From Mycobacterium tuberculosis H37Rv (GTDB taxonomy: Bacteria; Actinomycetota; Actinomycetes; Mycobacteriales; Mycobacteriaceae): a stretch of 32,000 nucleotides of DNA. The position numbers and the translations under genes were made by a program. The notes beneath the pieces were generated by a model, which saw nothing but the letters and a program-made list of their open reading frames with translations, made no database searches and was not told where the DNA came from. This document shows, piece after piece, positions 1 to 9,889 of the stretch. The first letter of the stretch is position 1. The number at the start of each line of letters is the position of its first letter. The stretch spans positions 3,900,001 through 3,932,000 of the forward strand of contig NC_000962.3 in the NCBI RefSeq assembly GCF_000195955.2. Direction: 5' to 3'.

Positions 1-402
1 CCGGCCACCTTCGAGGCCTTCGATGAAATGCACTTCCCACGGCGGACGGCGTAGGTCCAGGGCGTGACTATGCAAGCGGGACACCGGGATCCCGAGTTCA
101 CGCTCGTCGCCAGGGCTGGCCAGCGCCGACCGGCGCACGTGGTAGTCCAGGTCGAAGTTGTCATCAACGACCCAGGACTGCGTGGGATGGTATAGCAGCT
201 CCGGATGGCTCAGTCTTAGGCTCCAGGGTTCGACGACCTCGCTGGCCTTGCTTTCGTCGACGAGTTGGCGCAGCAAGTCCGGCGGCGCACCCGAGGGCGG
301 CGTGAACGGCATCAACGCACCAACGTGCATCATCGTGGTCGACGATTCGGAGTACAGGAAAAACATGTCCTGCGGACCCAACCGCCGGGCCGTCTGGCTC
401 AC
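1..402 (-). CDS. N-terminal part of WS/DGAT-family wax ester synthase/diacylglycerol acyltransferase (truncated by window edge)
   Basis: Reverse-strand reading from GTG at 402 gives VSQTARRLGPQDMFFLYSESSTTMMHVGALMPFTPP...YHVRRSALASPGDERELGIPVSRLHSHALDLRRPPWEVHFIEGLEGGR, open to base 1. AAGGAG lies just upstream. Typical WS/DGAT N-terminus. Not present as such in the supplied ORF track. Confidence 0.85.
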   Translation of the reverse strand, partial: MSQTARRLGPQDMFFLYSESSTTMMHVGALMPFTPPSGAPPDLLRQLVDESKASEVVEPWSLRLSHPELLYHPTQSWVVDDNFDLDYHVRRSALASPGDERELGIPVSRLHSHALDLRRPPWEVHFIEGLEGGR

Positions 403-492
403 GGGCCACTCCTTCGTTGGAGGCATTCTCAGGCCGTCTAGCGCCGCCAGATAACTACCGTAGATGATCGCGGCCGTGCGTTGTACGCCGCA

Positions 493-1239
493 TCACATCG
501 CGTGAACTCCGTTGTAGAGCAGCAGTAAACCGATCACGACCAGAATGGCCGCGACCATCCCGGCATGGTTCTTCTCCATCCAGTCTTTAAGTCGTTCCAG
601 CGAATCGTCGAGTCGGTCACCGGCAGCCACGTAGGCCAATATCGGGATCGCGACCGTGGATGCAGCCAACATGGCAAAGAATGCCGTGTAAATCCAGGAA
701 CCCGCGGCGCCGTGGCCGCCGCTGCCGATGGCCAATCCGGCCGCCGCGCAAATGATCAGCACCTCGGGTCTCACCACCACCAGCACGGCCCCTACCAATC
801 CGGCGCGTGCCGGGGTGAAGCTGGCGAATGCGCGCATCCAGCCCGGCATTTCGGTGTGGCGATGCCGGGTCAGCCACCGAAGCACGCCGAACACGATCAG
901 TGCCGACCCGAGGACCACCCGTAGCCAGGATGCCCAGGCCGGCGATGTTGTGCTCAAACCGCCAAGTGCGCCGGAGGCCGCAACAAAGACGGCGGTCACC
1001 ACGGCCAAGCCCAACAGCCAGCCGCCCAGGAAGGCCAGGCTGCTCGGCCGCGGCTGCGGCGAGTGTACGACCAGTACCGCTGGGATCACCGACAACGGCG
1101 AGAGCGCAATGACCAACGCCAGCGGCACGAGCCCGGTGAGCACGGAGACCCAATGACCTGCCACGGGCAGCAATCCTCGCATTGACACCGCCTCGGTGAC
1201 CACCGAGCGCCCCAATTCGACGAAATTGCGCGCACCCAA
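493..1239 (-). CDS. GAP-family-like polytopic integral membrane protein (Rv3481c-like)
   Basis: 248 aa ORF with several hydrophobic segments (LVPLALVIALSPLSVIPAVLVV, PSSLAFLGGWLLGLAVVTAVFV, MVAAILVVIGLLLLYNGVHAM). Exact start uncertain. Confidence 0.75.
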   Translation of the reverse strand: MGARNFVELGRSVVTEAVSMRGLLPVAGHWVSVLTGLVPLALVIALSPLSVIPAVLVVHSPQPRPSSLAFLGGWLLGLAVVTAVFVAASGALGGLSTTSPAWASWLRVVLGSALIVFGVLRWLTRHRHTEMPGWMRAFASFTPARAGLVGAVLVVVRPEVLIICAAAGLAIGSGGHGAAGSWIYTAFFAMLAASTVAIPILAYVAAGDRLDDSLERLKDWMEKNHAGMVAAILVVIGLLLLYNGVHAM

Positions 1240-1323
1240 CCGCCGTTCGGGCTGTTGATAGCCATCGCGAGACGTCGATCGCCGAAACGTACGTGCAAAG
1301 ACGGCGGCTTGGTGAGCCGACGA

Positions 1324-2106
1324 TTAACGACGCTGCCCGGCCAAACGCTCGCCCTGACAGAATTGCGACCCGAAGTCCACCGTCACGGTCGACGGCGTGC
1401 GGAACTGAGCGGCGAAGGTGAGCTGGGGATCCACCGGCGCCTGATCGAGCCCCAGTCGCTTTGTCTCGAGGTTGATCTCCACGGTATCGGGGGCAGTTCT
1501 GCGCGCATTGGTGTTCCGGTCCGGCCGCATGTTCGGCTCGGTGCCTCTGCTTTCGCCGGGCTTTCTGATGGCAAGTTCATCGGTGTCCTGCTGCGGGCCC
1601 AGCTCGGCGAACTCCTTGCCATTGTTGGCGATGGTGTAGGTCAGCAGGTAACCGGCAAAGCCCGACGCAAACGAGCCCGATGGCGACGGTGGCAGCGGCT
1701 CGGCGAATCGAACTACCAGCCGAAGGACCGCGCCTCGGGGATGCGAGACGTCCACGGAGGCCACGGTAATGGTCGCGGGCGGTGTCGGCCCGGGCCGCAA
1801 CTGGCAACTGAGTCGCTTCGGCAGCTGCGACCAGTCGTCTGGCAGCGGCCTGATCCAGGCGTAGACCGCGACACCTACCATCGTCAGCACTGCCGCGACC
1901 GGAACTGTCAACCGCAGGCCGGCCGGCATGCCCAGCCAGCGGCTCCGGAGACCGTCGACACGCAGGGCCAGCGGTGATCGTGGTGCAGAGGGGTTGGGTC
2001 GACGATGTCTGGTCCAGCGGTCACCGTCCCAATATCGTTGCCCCGCTGAACCGTCAGGATCGGTATACCATCCTGCCGGCGGCGAAGTCGCCACGTCGTG
2101 CTCCAT
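1324..2106 (-). CDS. Membrane protein with N-terminal DUF2510-like motif (Rv3482c-like)
   Basis: 260 aa ORF; N-terminal PAGWYTDPDGSAGQRYWDGDRWTRHRR followed by one TM segment (LRLTVPVAAVLTMVGVAVYAWI) and an extracytoplasmic domain. Confidence 0.75.
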   Translation of the reverse strand: MEHDVATSPPAGWYTDPDGSAGQRYWDGDRWTRHRRPNPSAPRSPLALRVDGLRSRWLGMPAGLRLTVPVAAVLTMVGVAVYAWIRPLPDDWSQLPKRLSCQLRPGPTPPATITVASVDVSHPRGAVLRLVVRFAEPLPPSPSGSFASGFAGYLLTYTIANNGKEFAELGPQQDTDELAIRKPGESRGTEPNMRPDRNTNARRTAPDTVEINLETKRLGLDQAPVDPQLTFAAQFRTPSTVTVDFGSQFCQGERLAGQRR

Positions 2107-2149
2107 TCAACAGTCGGTAAGGATCAGCTGCGGTGCCGCTCCTCGCGGA

Positions 2150-2812
2150 CTACGGCGGCGCATCGAACAACTCCGGTAGCGAATCGAGGATCTGCACGTG
2201 GTCGCCGCGCCACGCAAACCCCACAATCGTCAAGATGCCATCTTGGCAGCCGTCACAGCTTTGACGTGTCCGATAGCTCAGCACCACGATGTCGTTTGTG
2301 GATGCCGGACCGATCAAATTGGTGAACGGGTAGGCCCTCGGCGTTGCGGTTCCGACGAACGTTCCCCGATGAAACATCAGCGCCTGGTCCGGGGAGCTGT
2401 TGGTGGCGTCTTGCACCGTCACCAGCACCGCGGACAGGTCCGCGCACGGGTCGTAGTTGCTGTCCTCCGGCGTACTATTCCACGGCCTGCCGGTTTTGGA
2501 ATCGGGGGCAAGCTGGGCCAGCGCGGCGCGCACGGCCGTTGCCTCGTCCGGCCCACACGGGCCAACCTGGGATGCCGGGGAAGTGGGGCGCGCCGGTGCG
2601 GACGTCGTTGCCGGCGCCGCCTGGTTGGCACCTGGTCGGACCCGATGCATACCGGCGTACGCAACGACCGCGGCAGCCACACAGGCCAGGACCACGAGCG
2701 CCACCAGCCAGGCGGTGGGCCAAGACCCGCCTGGGGCGGGCGGAGTGGTATCGACGTCATCGGACGGCTGGTATGCCGGCGCAGGCCAGTCGGGGTCAAT
2801 CTCGTCAGACAC
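2150..2812 (-). CDS. Membrane-anchored/exported protein of unknown function (Rv3483c-like)
   Basis: 220 aa ORF; Pro-rich N-terminus, TM segment WLVALVVLACVAAAVVAYAG, then a Cys-containing extracytoplasmic domain. Confidence 0.75.
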   Translation of the reverse strand: MSDEIDPDWPAPAYQPSDDVDTTPPAPGGSWPTAWLVALVVLACVAAAVVAYAGMHRVRPGANQAAPATTSAPARPTSPASQVGPCGPDEATAVRAALAQLAPDSKTGRPWNSTPEDSNYDPCADLSAVLVTVQDATNSSPDQALMFHRGTFVGTATPRAYPFTNLIGPASTNDIVVLSYRTRQSCDGCQDGILTIVGFAWRGDHVQILDSLPELFDAPP

Positions 2813-3077
2813 CTAACCCGCTAACCCTCCCGGTACCCGCCCGCTGGCTGTGCGATACTTGCCGAGCTTGCCGAATTGTAGCCAGAACGTGCAGGTAGCG
2901 GAAACAAGCGGGCCGTCTCGAGGGGCCCCGCCGGCCGGTGAGGCTGACCACATCCAGCATTCTGATAGCTGGCTTCACAGCAATCTGGCCCCATACTAGA
3001 CGTCATGCAGCAAGCGACGGCACCGCAACCGCTGGCAGCGCGCCAGTTGGTTCGACGGCGCCTGGCCGAGGCATATG

Positions 3078-4616
3078 ATGGCGCGTTCTGAGGGCAATCG
3101 CCCACGCCATCGCGCTGTGCCTCAGCCGTCGCGGATCCGCAAGCGGCTGTCGCGGGGCGTTATGACGCTCGTGTCGGTGGTTGCCCTGCTGATGACCGGC
3201 GCAGGGTATTGGGTAGCCCACGGCGCGCTGGGCGGCATCACCATTTCGCAGGCCCTAACCCCCGAGGATCCCCGTTCCAGCGGCAACAACATGAACATCT
3301 TGCTCATCGGGCTGGACTCGCGCAAAGACCAGGAAGGCAACGACCTGCCCTGGTCGGTCTTGAAGCAGCTACACGCGGGCGATTCCGACGACGGCGGCTA
3401 CAACACGAACACGCTGATACTTGTGCACGTCGGTGCCGATGGCAAAGTGGTGGCCTTCTCGATCCCCCGCGACGACTGGGTGCCCTTCACCGGCGTTCCG
3501 GGATACAACCACATCAAGATCAAAGAGGCGTACGGGCTGACCAAGCAATACGTGGCAGAACAGCTGGCCAACCAGGGTGTGAGCGACCGGAAAGAGCTCG
3601 AGACCCGGGGCCGTGAAGCTGCCCGGGCCGCGACCCTGCGGGCGGTGCGAAGCCTGACCGGCGTCCCGATCGACTACTTCGCCGAGATCAATTTGGCCGG
3701 TTTCTACGATTTGGCCCAGACCCTCGGCGGCGTTGATGTGTGCCTGAACCATGCCGTCTACGACTCGTACTCCGGAGCCGACTTCCCCGCCGGGCGTCAA
3801 CGGTTGAATGCCGCGCAGGCGCTGGCGTTTGTCCGGCAGCGTCATGGCCTAGACAACGGGGACCTGGACCGCACCCACCGCCAGCAAGCATTCCTGTCGT
3901 CGGTCATGCGCGAACTTCAGGATTCGGGCACCTTCACCAACCTGGACAGGCTCGACAACCTGATGGCCGTGGCACGCAAAGATGTGGTGCTGTCGGCCGG
4001 CTGGGACGAGGACCTGTTCCGCCGGATGGGCGACCTGGCGGGCGGTAACGTCGAATTCCGGACGCTGCCCGTGGTGCGCTACGACAACATCGACGGCCAG
4101 GATGTCAACATTATCGACCCGACCGCGATCCGGGCCGAGGTAGCGGCGGCATTTGGCAGCGCGCCGCCAACGTCGCAGACCGCCGCGGCCGCCAAACCTA
4201 ACCCATCCACCGTCGTCGATGTGGTCAATGCCGGCAGCATCAGCGGACTGGCCAGCCAGGTCTCCGGTGCGCTGCTGAAGCGCGGCTACACCGCGGGTCA
4301 GGTGCGTGACCGCGAATCCGGCGATCCGTTCACCACCGCCATCGAGTACGGTGCCGGCGCGGAAACGGACGCCCAGAACGTGGCAGACCTGCTCGGTATC
4401 GACGCCCCCAACCATCCCGATCCCGCCGTCGCGCCCGGACACATCCGTGTGACGGTGGATACCAACTTCTCCCTACCGGCACCCGACGAGGCCACCGCCG
4501 CCGCGACGTCCACCGAAACCAGCACATATCCGCTGTACGGCGGCGGCACCACCACCGACCCGACACCGGACCAAGGGGCGCCCATCGATGGCGGCGGCGT
4601 GCCCTGCGTGAACTAG
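3078..4616 (+). CDS. cpsA: LytR-CpsA-Psr family protein with C-terminal LytR_C-type domain
   Basis: 512 aa from the second of two adjacent ATGs (3075/3078); TM segment near the N-terminus, MNILLIGLDSR, FSIPRDDW, FAEINLAGFYDLAQTLGGVDVCL and ALAFVRQRH motifs of LCP proteins. Confidence 0.93.
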   Translation: MARSEGNRPRHRAVPQPSRIRKRLSRGVMTLVSVVALLMTGAGYWVAHGALGGITISQALTPEDPRSSGNNMNILLIGLDSRKDQEGNDLPWSVLKQLHAGDSDDGGYNTNTLILVHVGADGKVVAFSIPRDDWVPFTGVPGYNHIKIKEAYGLTKQYVAEQLANQGVSDRKELETRGREAARAATLRAVRSLTGVPIDYFAEINLAGFYDLAQTLGGVDVCLNHAVYDSYSGADFPAGRQRLNAAQALAFVRQRHGLDNGDLDRTHRQQAFLSSVMRELQDSGTFTNLDRLDNLMAVARKDVVLSAGWDEDLFRRMGDLAGGNVEFRTLPVVRYDNIDGQDVNIIDPTAIRAEVAAAFGSAPPTSQTAAAAKPNPSTVVDVVNAGSISGLASQVSGALLKRGYTAGQVRDRESGDPFTTAIEYGAGAETDAQNVADLLGIDAPNHPDPAVAPGHIRVTVDTNFSLPAPDEATAAATSTETSTYPLYGGGTTTDPTPDQGAPIDGGGVPCVN

Positions 4617-4621
4617 GTAAG

Positions 4622-5566
4622 TTATCCGACCACTCCACGCAGCCCGTCGGCGCCGAACACCGGCTCCAGCATGGGCGAGAAGTCCGGGCCCCTTCGCAGC
4701 ATGTGGCCGCCGTCGACGTTGATGACCTGTCCGGTGATCCAACTGGCCGCGTCGCTGAGCAAAAACATTGCTAGGTTCGCGACGTCTTCGACCTCACCCA
4801 CCCGCGGTAATGGCGTGCAGACCCGGTAGTCCGCGCTCAGCTCCGGCGACTCTGTGACGGGCACAACCAGATCTGTACGGATCAGGCCCGGGCGGATGCT
4901 GTTGACCCGTACCCACGACGGGCCGAGTTCGTCAGCGGCCAGTTTCATCATGTGGTCAACGGCCGACTTGGTGACCCCGTAGGCGCCGAACCAGCGATGG
5001 GTGTTGCTGGCCGCGATCGAGGAGATGCCGACGAACGAACCGCCGCCGCCGCGTACCAATTCCCGCGCGGCGTGCTTGAGCACGTACATGGTGCCATTGA
5101 CATTGAGGTCCACGGTGCGCCGCCAGGCCTGCGAGTCGATCTGGGTGATTGGCCCAATGGTCTGAGACCCGCCCGCGCAATGCACCACACCGTGCAGCCG
5201 GCCATGCCACGCGGTTGCCGCGTCCACCACACGCAGGGTCTGCTCCTCGTCGGTGATGTCGGCCGGCTCATAGCCGATCGCTCCGGTCTTGAGCGCCTCG
5301 ATGTCTTTGACAGCCGCCGCCAGCTTGTCTGGATTTCGTCCCACGATCATGACGGCGGCTCCAGCCGCGACCAACCCGGCGGCCACCCCCTTGCCGATTC
5401 CGCTGCCACCTCCGGTGACCAGGTAGGTCCGGTCTTGGAAAGAAAGCTGCACTTGAGGCCCCTCACGCCGAAACTGAAACAGGTTCTCGCCATTTTGGAC
5501 CATGCGGCCCGTCACTTGCGCCGAAGGTGAACTCACGGCGAGGTTTCGCGGCGCTCGCGAATTCAT
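4622..5566 (-). CDS. Short-chain dehydrogenase/reductase
   Basis: 314 aa; TGGGSGIGKG cofactor motif, SSIAA and YGVTKSAVD (YxxxK) catalytic motif. Stop is 5 nt from the convergent cpsA stop. Confidence 0.9.
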   Translation of the reverse strand: MNSRAPRNLAVSSPSAQVTGRMVQNGENLFQFRREGPQVQLSFQDRTYLVTGGGSGIGKGVAAGLVAAGAAVMIVGRNPDKLAAAVKDIEALKTGAIGYEPADITDEEQTLRVVDAATAWHGRLHGVVHCAGGSQTIGPITQIDSQAWRRTVDLNVNGTMYVLKHAARELVRGGGGSFVGISSIAASNTHRWFGAYGVTKSAVDHMMKLAADELGPSWVRVNSIRPGLIRTDLVVPVTESPELSADYRVCTPLPRVGEVEDVANLAMFLLSDAASWITGQVINVDGGHMLRRGPDFSPMLEPVFGADGLRGVVG

Positions 5567-5729
5567 GCCCTCAGTTCACGTTCGACGTTCGTGATCAACG
5601 GTGCCGCCATCGTGGAGGGATTCCATAGGTTGCGGCTTGTTGCCACATTGCGGCCAGTGTGCGCCGCCGGGTGCGCGTCCACGGTAGGCTTCAACCACGA
5701 ATTATCGGGCAACGATATCGGAGTCGGAG

Positions 5730-6221
5730 TTGGCAATAACTGGTTCGGCCGCACCGTCATGGCCGCGACTATTGCACGCCGAGGGCCCCCCTTCCGTCAT
5801 TTGTATACGGCTGTTGGTGGGGTTGGTGTTTCTCAGTGAGGGAATCCAGAAATTCATGTATCCAGATCAGCTGGGTCCGGGCCGCTTCGAGCGGATCGGC
5901 ATCCCCGCCGCCACGTTCTTCGCCGATCTGGACGGGGTGGTCGAGATTGTCTGCGGCACACTGGTCCTCCTCGGCCTGCTGACCCGGGTCGCGGCGGTGC
6001 CGTTGCTCATCGACATGGTGGGAGCGATCGTGCTGACCAAACTCCGAGCACTGCAGCCGGGCGGGTTTCTCGGGGTAGAGGGCTTCTGGGGCATGGCCCA
6101 CGCTGCCCGGACCGACCTGTCGATGCTGCTCGGATTGATCTTCCTGCTGTGGTCCGGCCCCGGCCGGTGGTCACTAGATAGGCGACTGTCCAAACGCGCC
6201 ACGGCTTGCGGCGCGAGGTGA
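5730..6221 (+). CDS. DoxX-family membrane protein (start uncertain)
   Basis: 163 aa ORF from a TTG; CIRLLVGLVFLSEGIQKFMYP...GRFERIGIPAATFFADLDGVVEIVCGTLVLLGLLTRVAAVPL is a classic DoxX pattern. Confidence 0.8.
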   Translation: MAITGSAAPSWPRLLHAEGPPSVICIRLLVGLVFLSEGIQKFMYPDQLGPGRFERIGIPAATFFADLDGVVEIVCGTLVLLGLLTRVAAVPLLIDMVGAIVLTKLRALQPGGFLGVEGFWGMAHAARTDLSMLLGLIFLLWSGPGRWSLDRRLSKRATACGAR

Positions 6222-7157
6222 ACCCGCGACGTAGCGCGACCGATGCACCGGACTCAACGACGAGTCAGCGGTGGCGTCGCGAATGAACTGCCCGATCTGA
6301 CGCAACGAACGGGTCGCTTCGGGCACCAGCGGTGTGGCGAGTTGGAAAAGATGAGCCTGACCGGGCCAAACCCGTACCTCGGCACAGACGCCTGCCGCCG
6401 CCAGCTTGCCGGCGCCCAGCTGCGCGTCGTGCAGCAGCACTTCGGAGCCGGAAACGTGAATAAGTGTCGGCGGCAAGCTGGATTCGATATGGTCGAGCGG
6501 CTCATAGAGGTCTTCGGGCCTGCCGTCGACCATGTTCTTGGCAGCGGCCGCCCTGACCCATGCCGCCAAGGCATCGAATGCCCGCGCCGGAAACATCGCG
6601 TCGGTCCCGATGTTGGGATGGTCCTGCTTGGGCCCCTTGGCCAGCTGCAGCAACGGAGAGATGGCCACTATTGCCGCCGGTTTCTCGTCGTCGCACTGCA
6701 GCCGCTGCGCAAGCGCGAGCGCAAGGTAACCACCCGCGGAATCACCGGCCAACACGATCTGTTCCGGCCGGTATCCGCGCGCCCGCAACCATTGGTATGC
6801 ATCGTGGCAGTCGTCGAGCGCCATCCCCAGCGAATGCTTAGGGATCAGCCGATAGTCGACTATCAACACGGGTGATTCGGCAAATCCTGACAGCGCGTTG
6901 ACGATCCTGCTGTGCGAATTCGGCCCGCACATGACAAACGCGCCGCCGTGCAAATAGAGCACCACCCGCCCAGCGCCGTCGGCCGCCCGCACCCCAGGCG
7001 CACGCACCAACTGGGCGGTAGCATTCGGCAAATTTATCGTTGTTCGGACCGTGCCCTGCCCGGGGCGCCAAACCCTGCATGCGAAGTCGACGAACCCCAA
7101 CGGCAGAGGCAGGGGCGATAGGTAACTGCCCACAGTCATAAGTGGCTTGATCGTCAT
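6174..7157 (-). CDS. lipF: HSL-type alpha/beta hydrolase, esterase/lipase (start uncertain; frame open back to 7304)
   Basis: LYLHGGAFVMC oxyanion motif, GDSAGG nucleophile elbow, Asp/His region ending in GQAHLFQ. Reported start is the in-frame ATG at 7157 (MTIKPLMTVGSYLSP...). Alternatives are 7304 and GTG 7007. Confidence 0.85.
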   Translation of the reverse strand: MTIKPLMTVGSYLSPLPLPLGFVDFACRVWRPGQGTVRTTINLPNATAQLVRAPGVRAADGAGRVVLYLHGGAFVMCGPNSHSRIVNALSGFAESPVLIVDYRLIPKHSLGMALDDCHDAYQWLRARGYRPEQIVLAGDSAGGYLALALAQRLQCDDEKPAAIVAISPLLQLAKGPKQDHPNIGTDAMFPARAFDALAAWVRAAAAKNMVDGRPEDLYEPLDHIESSLPPTLIHVSGSEVLLHDAQLGAGKLAAAGVCAEVRVWPGQAHLFQLATPLVPEATRSLRQIGQFIRDATADSSLSPVHRSRYVAGSPRAASRGAFGQSPI

Positions 7158-7666
7158 GCGCGATGCCAGTGCCGCCAACCGACCTGCAACACTAGGGCCG
7201 CTTTCGGTGATCTCGATGGGAGCCCCGTCCCAGCACGAATCGGAATTCGAGCATCCCGACGATTGCAGGGGCCGGCGTGCGTAATACGAGGACATTTTCA
7301 GCACGTTTCGCCGGAATGTGGCCGGTGGTTGGCGTTAGCTGCACGGAAGCGCCTGAGCTGGCCCGCCGTCACCGCCCGATTTATCAATCGCAAATCTCGC
7401 ACTTCCCGTTTACGTAGTTGCTCCAACCAGACGCAGCCCAATTCGGGCTCCTCCCCCCATCAATCATTCGGTGGCGCGAAGTTCACCAGAGTCCCGGACA
7501 CGCTCACGCGAACTACCTGCATTTAGGGGATCACAGGCACCTTGAAATGCATCGGTGTATGACTGGGAGTTTGCTGTACGTCTATTGGTAAGTGCGAATT
7601 CGCCGCCGGCTACCCGCACCCCGTAGAATCGCAAGCCGATATCGGCTTGGTCACCTGAGGTGTTCT

Positions 7667-7990
7667 ATGCGGGAGTTTCAGCGGGCCGCGGTGCGCCTGC
7701 ACATCCTGCACCACGCTGCCGACAACGAGGTGCACGGCGCGTGGCTGACCCAAGAACTGAGCCGGCACGGCTACCGGGTCAGCCCCGGCACGTTGTACCC
7801 GACCCTGCACCGGCTCGAAGCCGACGGCCTGCTGGTGTCCGAGCAACGGGTCGTCGACGGCCGCGCGCGCCGCGTCTACCGGGCTACCCCGGCTGGCCGG
7901 GCAGCACTGACCGAGGATCGCCGGGCACTGGAAGAGCTGGCCCGCGAAGTCCTCGGCGGGCAATCGCACACCGCTGGTAACGGGACCTGA
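7667..7990 (+). CDS. PadR-family transcriptional regulator (Rv3488-like)
   Basis: 107 aa from ATG; LHILHHAADNEVHGAWLTQELSRHGYRVSPGTLYPTLHRLEADGLLVSE is a PadR winged helix. Confidence 0.88.
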   Translation: MREFQRAAVRLHILHHAADNEVHGAWLTQELSRHGYRVSPGTLYPTLHRLEADGLLVSEQRVVDGRARRVYRATPAGRAALTEDRRALEELAREVLGGQSHTAGNGT

Positions 7991-8071
7991 ACCGCGTCGA
8001 CGGTACCCATCGCCGGGGCCAAACCGTGACGACGTCTGCAGCGCAATGCGGGCTTGGCTTACAGTTATGTA

Positions 8072-8236
8072 ATGTCTACCAAATCTGACCACGGCGAAAT
8101 CGGTGACGTCGAACCGCTGGCAGACAGCACCGCGAGCCAGGCCAGGCGAGTCGTCGCCGCATATGCGAACGACGCCGACGAGTGTCGGATCTTCCTGTCC
8201 ATGCTCGGTATTGGACCGGCCAAACTCGAGAGCTAA
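8072..8236 (+). CDS. Small conserved protein, 54 aa (Rv3489-like)
   Basis: [54 protein letters not shown]; its stop overlaps the otsA start (TAATG). Confidence 0.7.
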
Positions 8237-9738
8237 TGGCTCCCTCGGGAGGCCAGGAGGCGCAGATTTGCGATTCGGAGACCTTCGGGGACTCTGACTT
8301 CGTGGTGGTAGCCAATCGACTGCCCGTCGATCTGGAGCGTCTTCCCGACGGCAGCACAACCTGGAAACGCAGCCCCGGAGGCTTGGTCACCGCCTTGGAG
8401 CCGGTGCTGCGGCGTCGGCGCGGGGCCTGGGTCGGCTGGCCCGGCGTTAACGACGACGGGGCCGAACCCGACCTCCACGTGCTGGACGGCCCCATCATCC
8501 AAGACGAGCTGGAACTTCATCCGGTACGGCTGAGCACCACGGACATAGCTCAGTACTACGAGGGATTCTCCAACGCCACACTGTGGCCGCTGTACCACGA
8601 CGTCATCGTCAAGCCGCTCTACCACCGCGAATGGTGGGATCGCTACGTCGACGTCAACCAGCGCTTTGCCGAGGCCGCGTCGCGCGCCGCCGCCCACGGC
8701 GCAACCGTGTGGGTACAGGACTACCAGCTGCAGCTGGTACCGAAGATGCTGCGCATGCTGCGGCCCGATCTGACCATCGGTTTCTTTTTGCACATCCCGT
8801 TCCCGCCGGTAGAGCTGTTTATGCAGATGCCGTGGCGCACCGAGATCATCCAGGGCCTACTGGGCGCCGACCTGGTGGGCTTCCATCTTCCGGGCGGTGC
8901 CCAGAATTTCCTGATCCTGTCCCGGCGTCTGGTCGGCACCGACACTTCCCGCGGAACCGTCGGTGTGCGGTCGCGGTTCGGTGCGGCGGTGCTCGGGTCC
9001 CGCACCATACGAGTTGGCGCCTTTCCTATCTCGGTTGACTCCGGCGCGCTCGACCACGCTGCCCGCGACCGCAACATCAGGCGCCGGGCCCGCGAGATTC
9101 GCACCGAACTGGGAAATCCGCGCAAGATCCTGCTCGGTGTTGACCGGCTCGACTACACCAAGGGCATCGACGTACGGCTGAAGGCCTTTTCCGAGCTGCT
9201 GGCCGAGGGCCGCGTCAAACGCGACGACACCGTCGTGGTCCAGCTGGCTACCCCGAGCCGCGAGCGGGTGGAGAGCTACCAGACGCTGCGCAACGACATC
9301 GAACGCCAGGTCGGCCACATTAACGGCGAGTACGGTGAGGTTGGCCATCCGGTAGTGCATTACCTGCATCGACCGGCTCCGCGCGACGAGCTTATCGCTT
9401 TCTTCGTGGCCAGCGACGTCATGCTGGTCACCCCACTACGCGACGGGATGAACCTGGTGGCCAAGGAGTACGTCGCTTGCCGCAGCGATCTTGGCGGTGC
9501 CCTGGTGCTCAGCGAATTCACCGGGGCCGCAGCCGAACTCCGGCACGCATACCTGGTCAACCCGCACGACCTGGAAGGCGTCAAGGACGGGATAGAGGAA
9601 GCGCTCAACCAGACGGAGGAGGCGGGCCGGCGGCGAATGCGGTCGCTGCGACGCCAAGTGCTCGCCCACGACGTGGACCGCTGGGCACAGTCGTTTCTCG
9701 ACGCTCTCGCCGGGGCACACCCGAGGGGCCAAGGCTAA
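8236..9738 (+). CDS. otsA: Alpha,alpha-trehalose-phosphate synthase (UDP-forming)
   Basis: 500 aa; [52 protein letters not shown] and [15 protein letters not shown], all hallmark OtsA motifs. Confidence 0.97.
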
Positions 9739-9758
9739 CGGTCAAGCCGCTCCCGCTC

Positions 9759-9818
9759 GCGAGCAGACGCAGAATCGCCCATTTCGGCACGAAATTGGGC
9801 GATTCTGCGTCTGCTCGC
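9759..9818. repeat. Long near-perfect inverted repeat (28 nt arm / 3 nt loop / 29 nt arm, one-base bulge)
   Basis: GCGAGCAGACGCAGAATCGCCCATTTCG - GCA - CGAAATTGGGCGATTCTGCGTCTGCTCGC read directly from the sequence; lies 3' of otsA. Confidence 0.95.
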
Positions 9819-9889
9819 GCCCTGGAAGCTGGTGCGGCTGCCCAAAGGCTGTGATACTCGATGGAGCGCGAAGGCCCGAAGGAGGGCAT

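Noticed and set aside
158-454. Plus-strand 98-aa ORF and minus-strand 81-aa ORF at the left end
   Set aside because: The real gene is the minus-strand WS/DGAT N-terminus starting at 402; these are other frames of it.
1255-1977. 240-aa plus-strand ORF opposite the Rv3482c-like gene
   Set aside because: Overlaps a coherent minus-strand membrane protein with a DUF2510-like motif; the plus product is low-complexity Arg/Gly/Gln-rich.
8857-9369. Antisense ORFs over otsA (170, 186, 140 aa)
   Set aside because: otsA is unambiguous by motif content; the antisense products have no domains.
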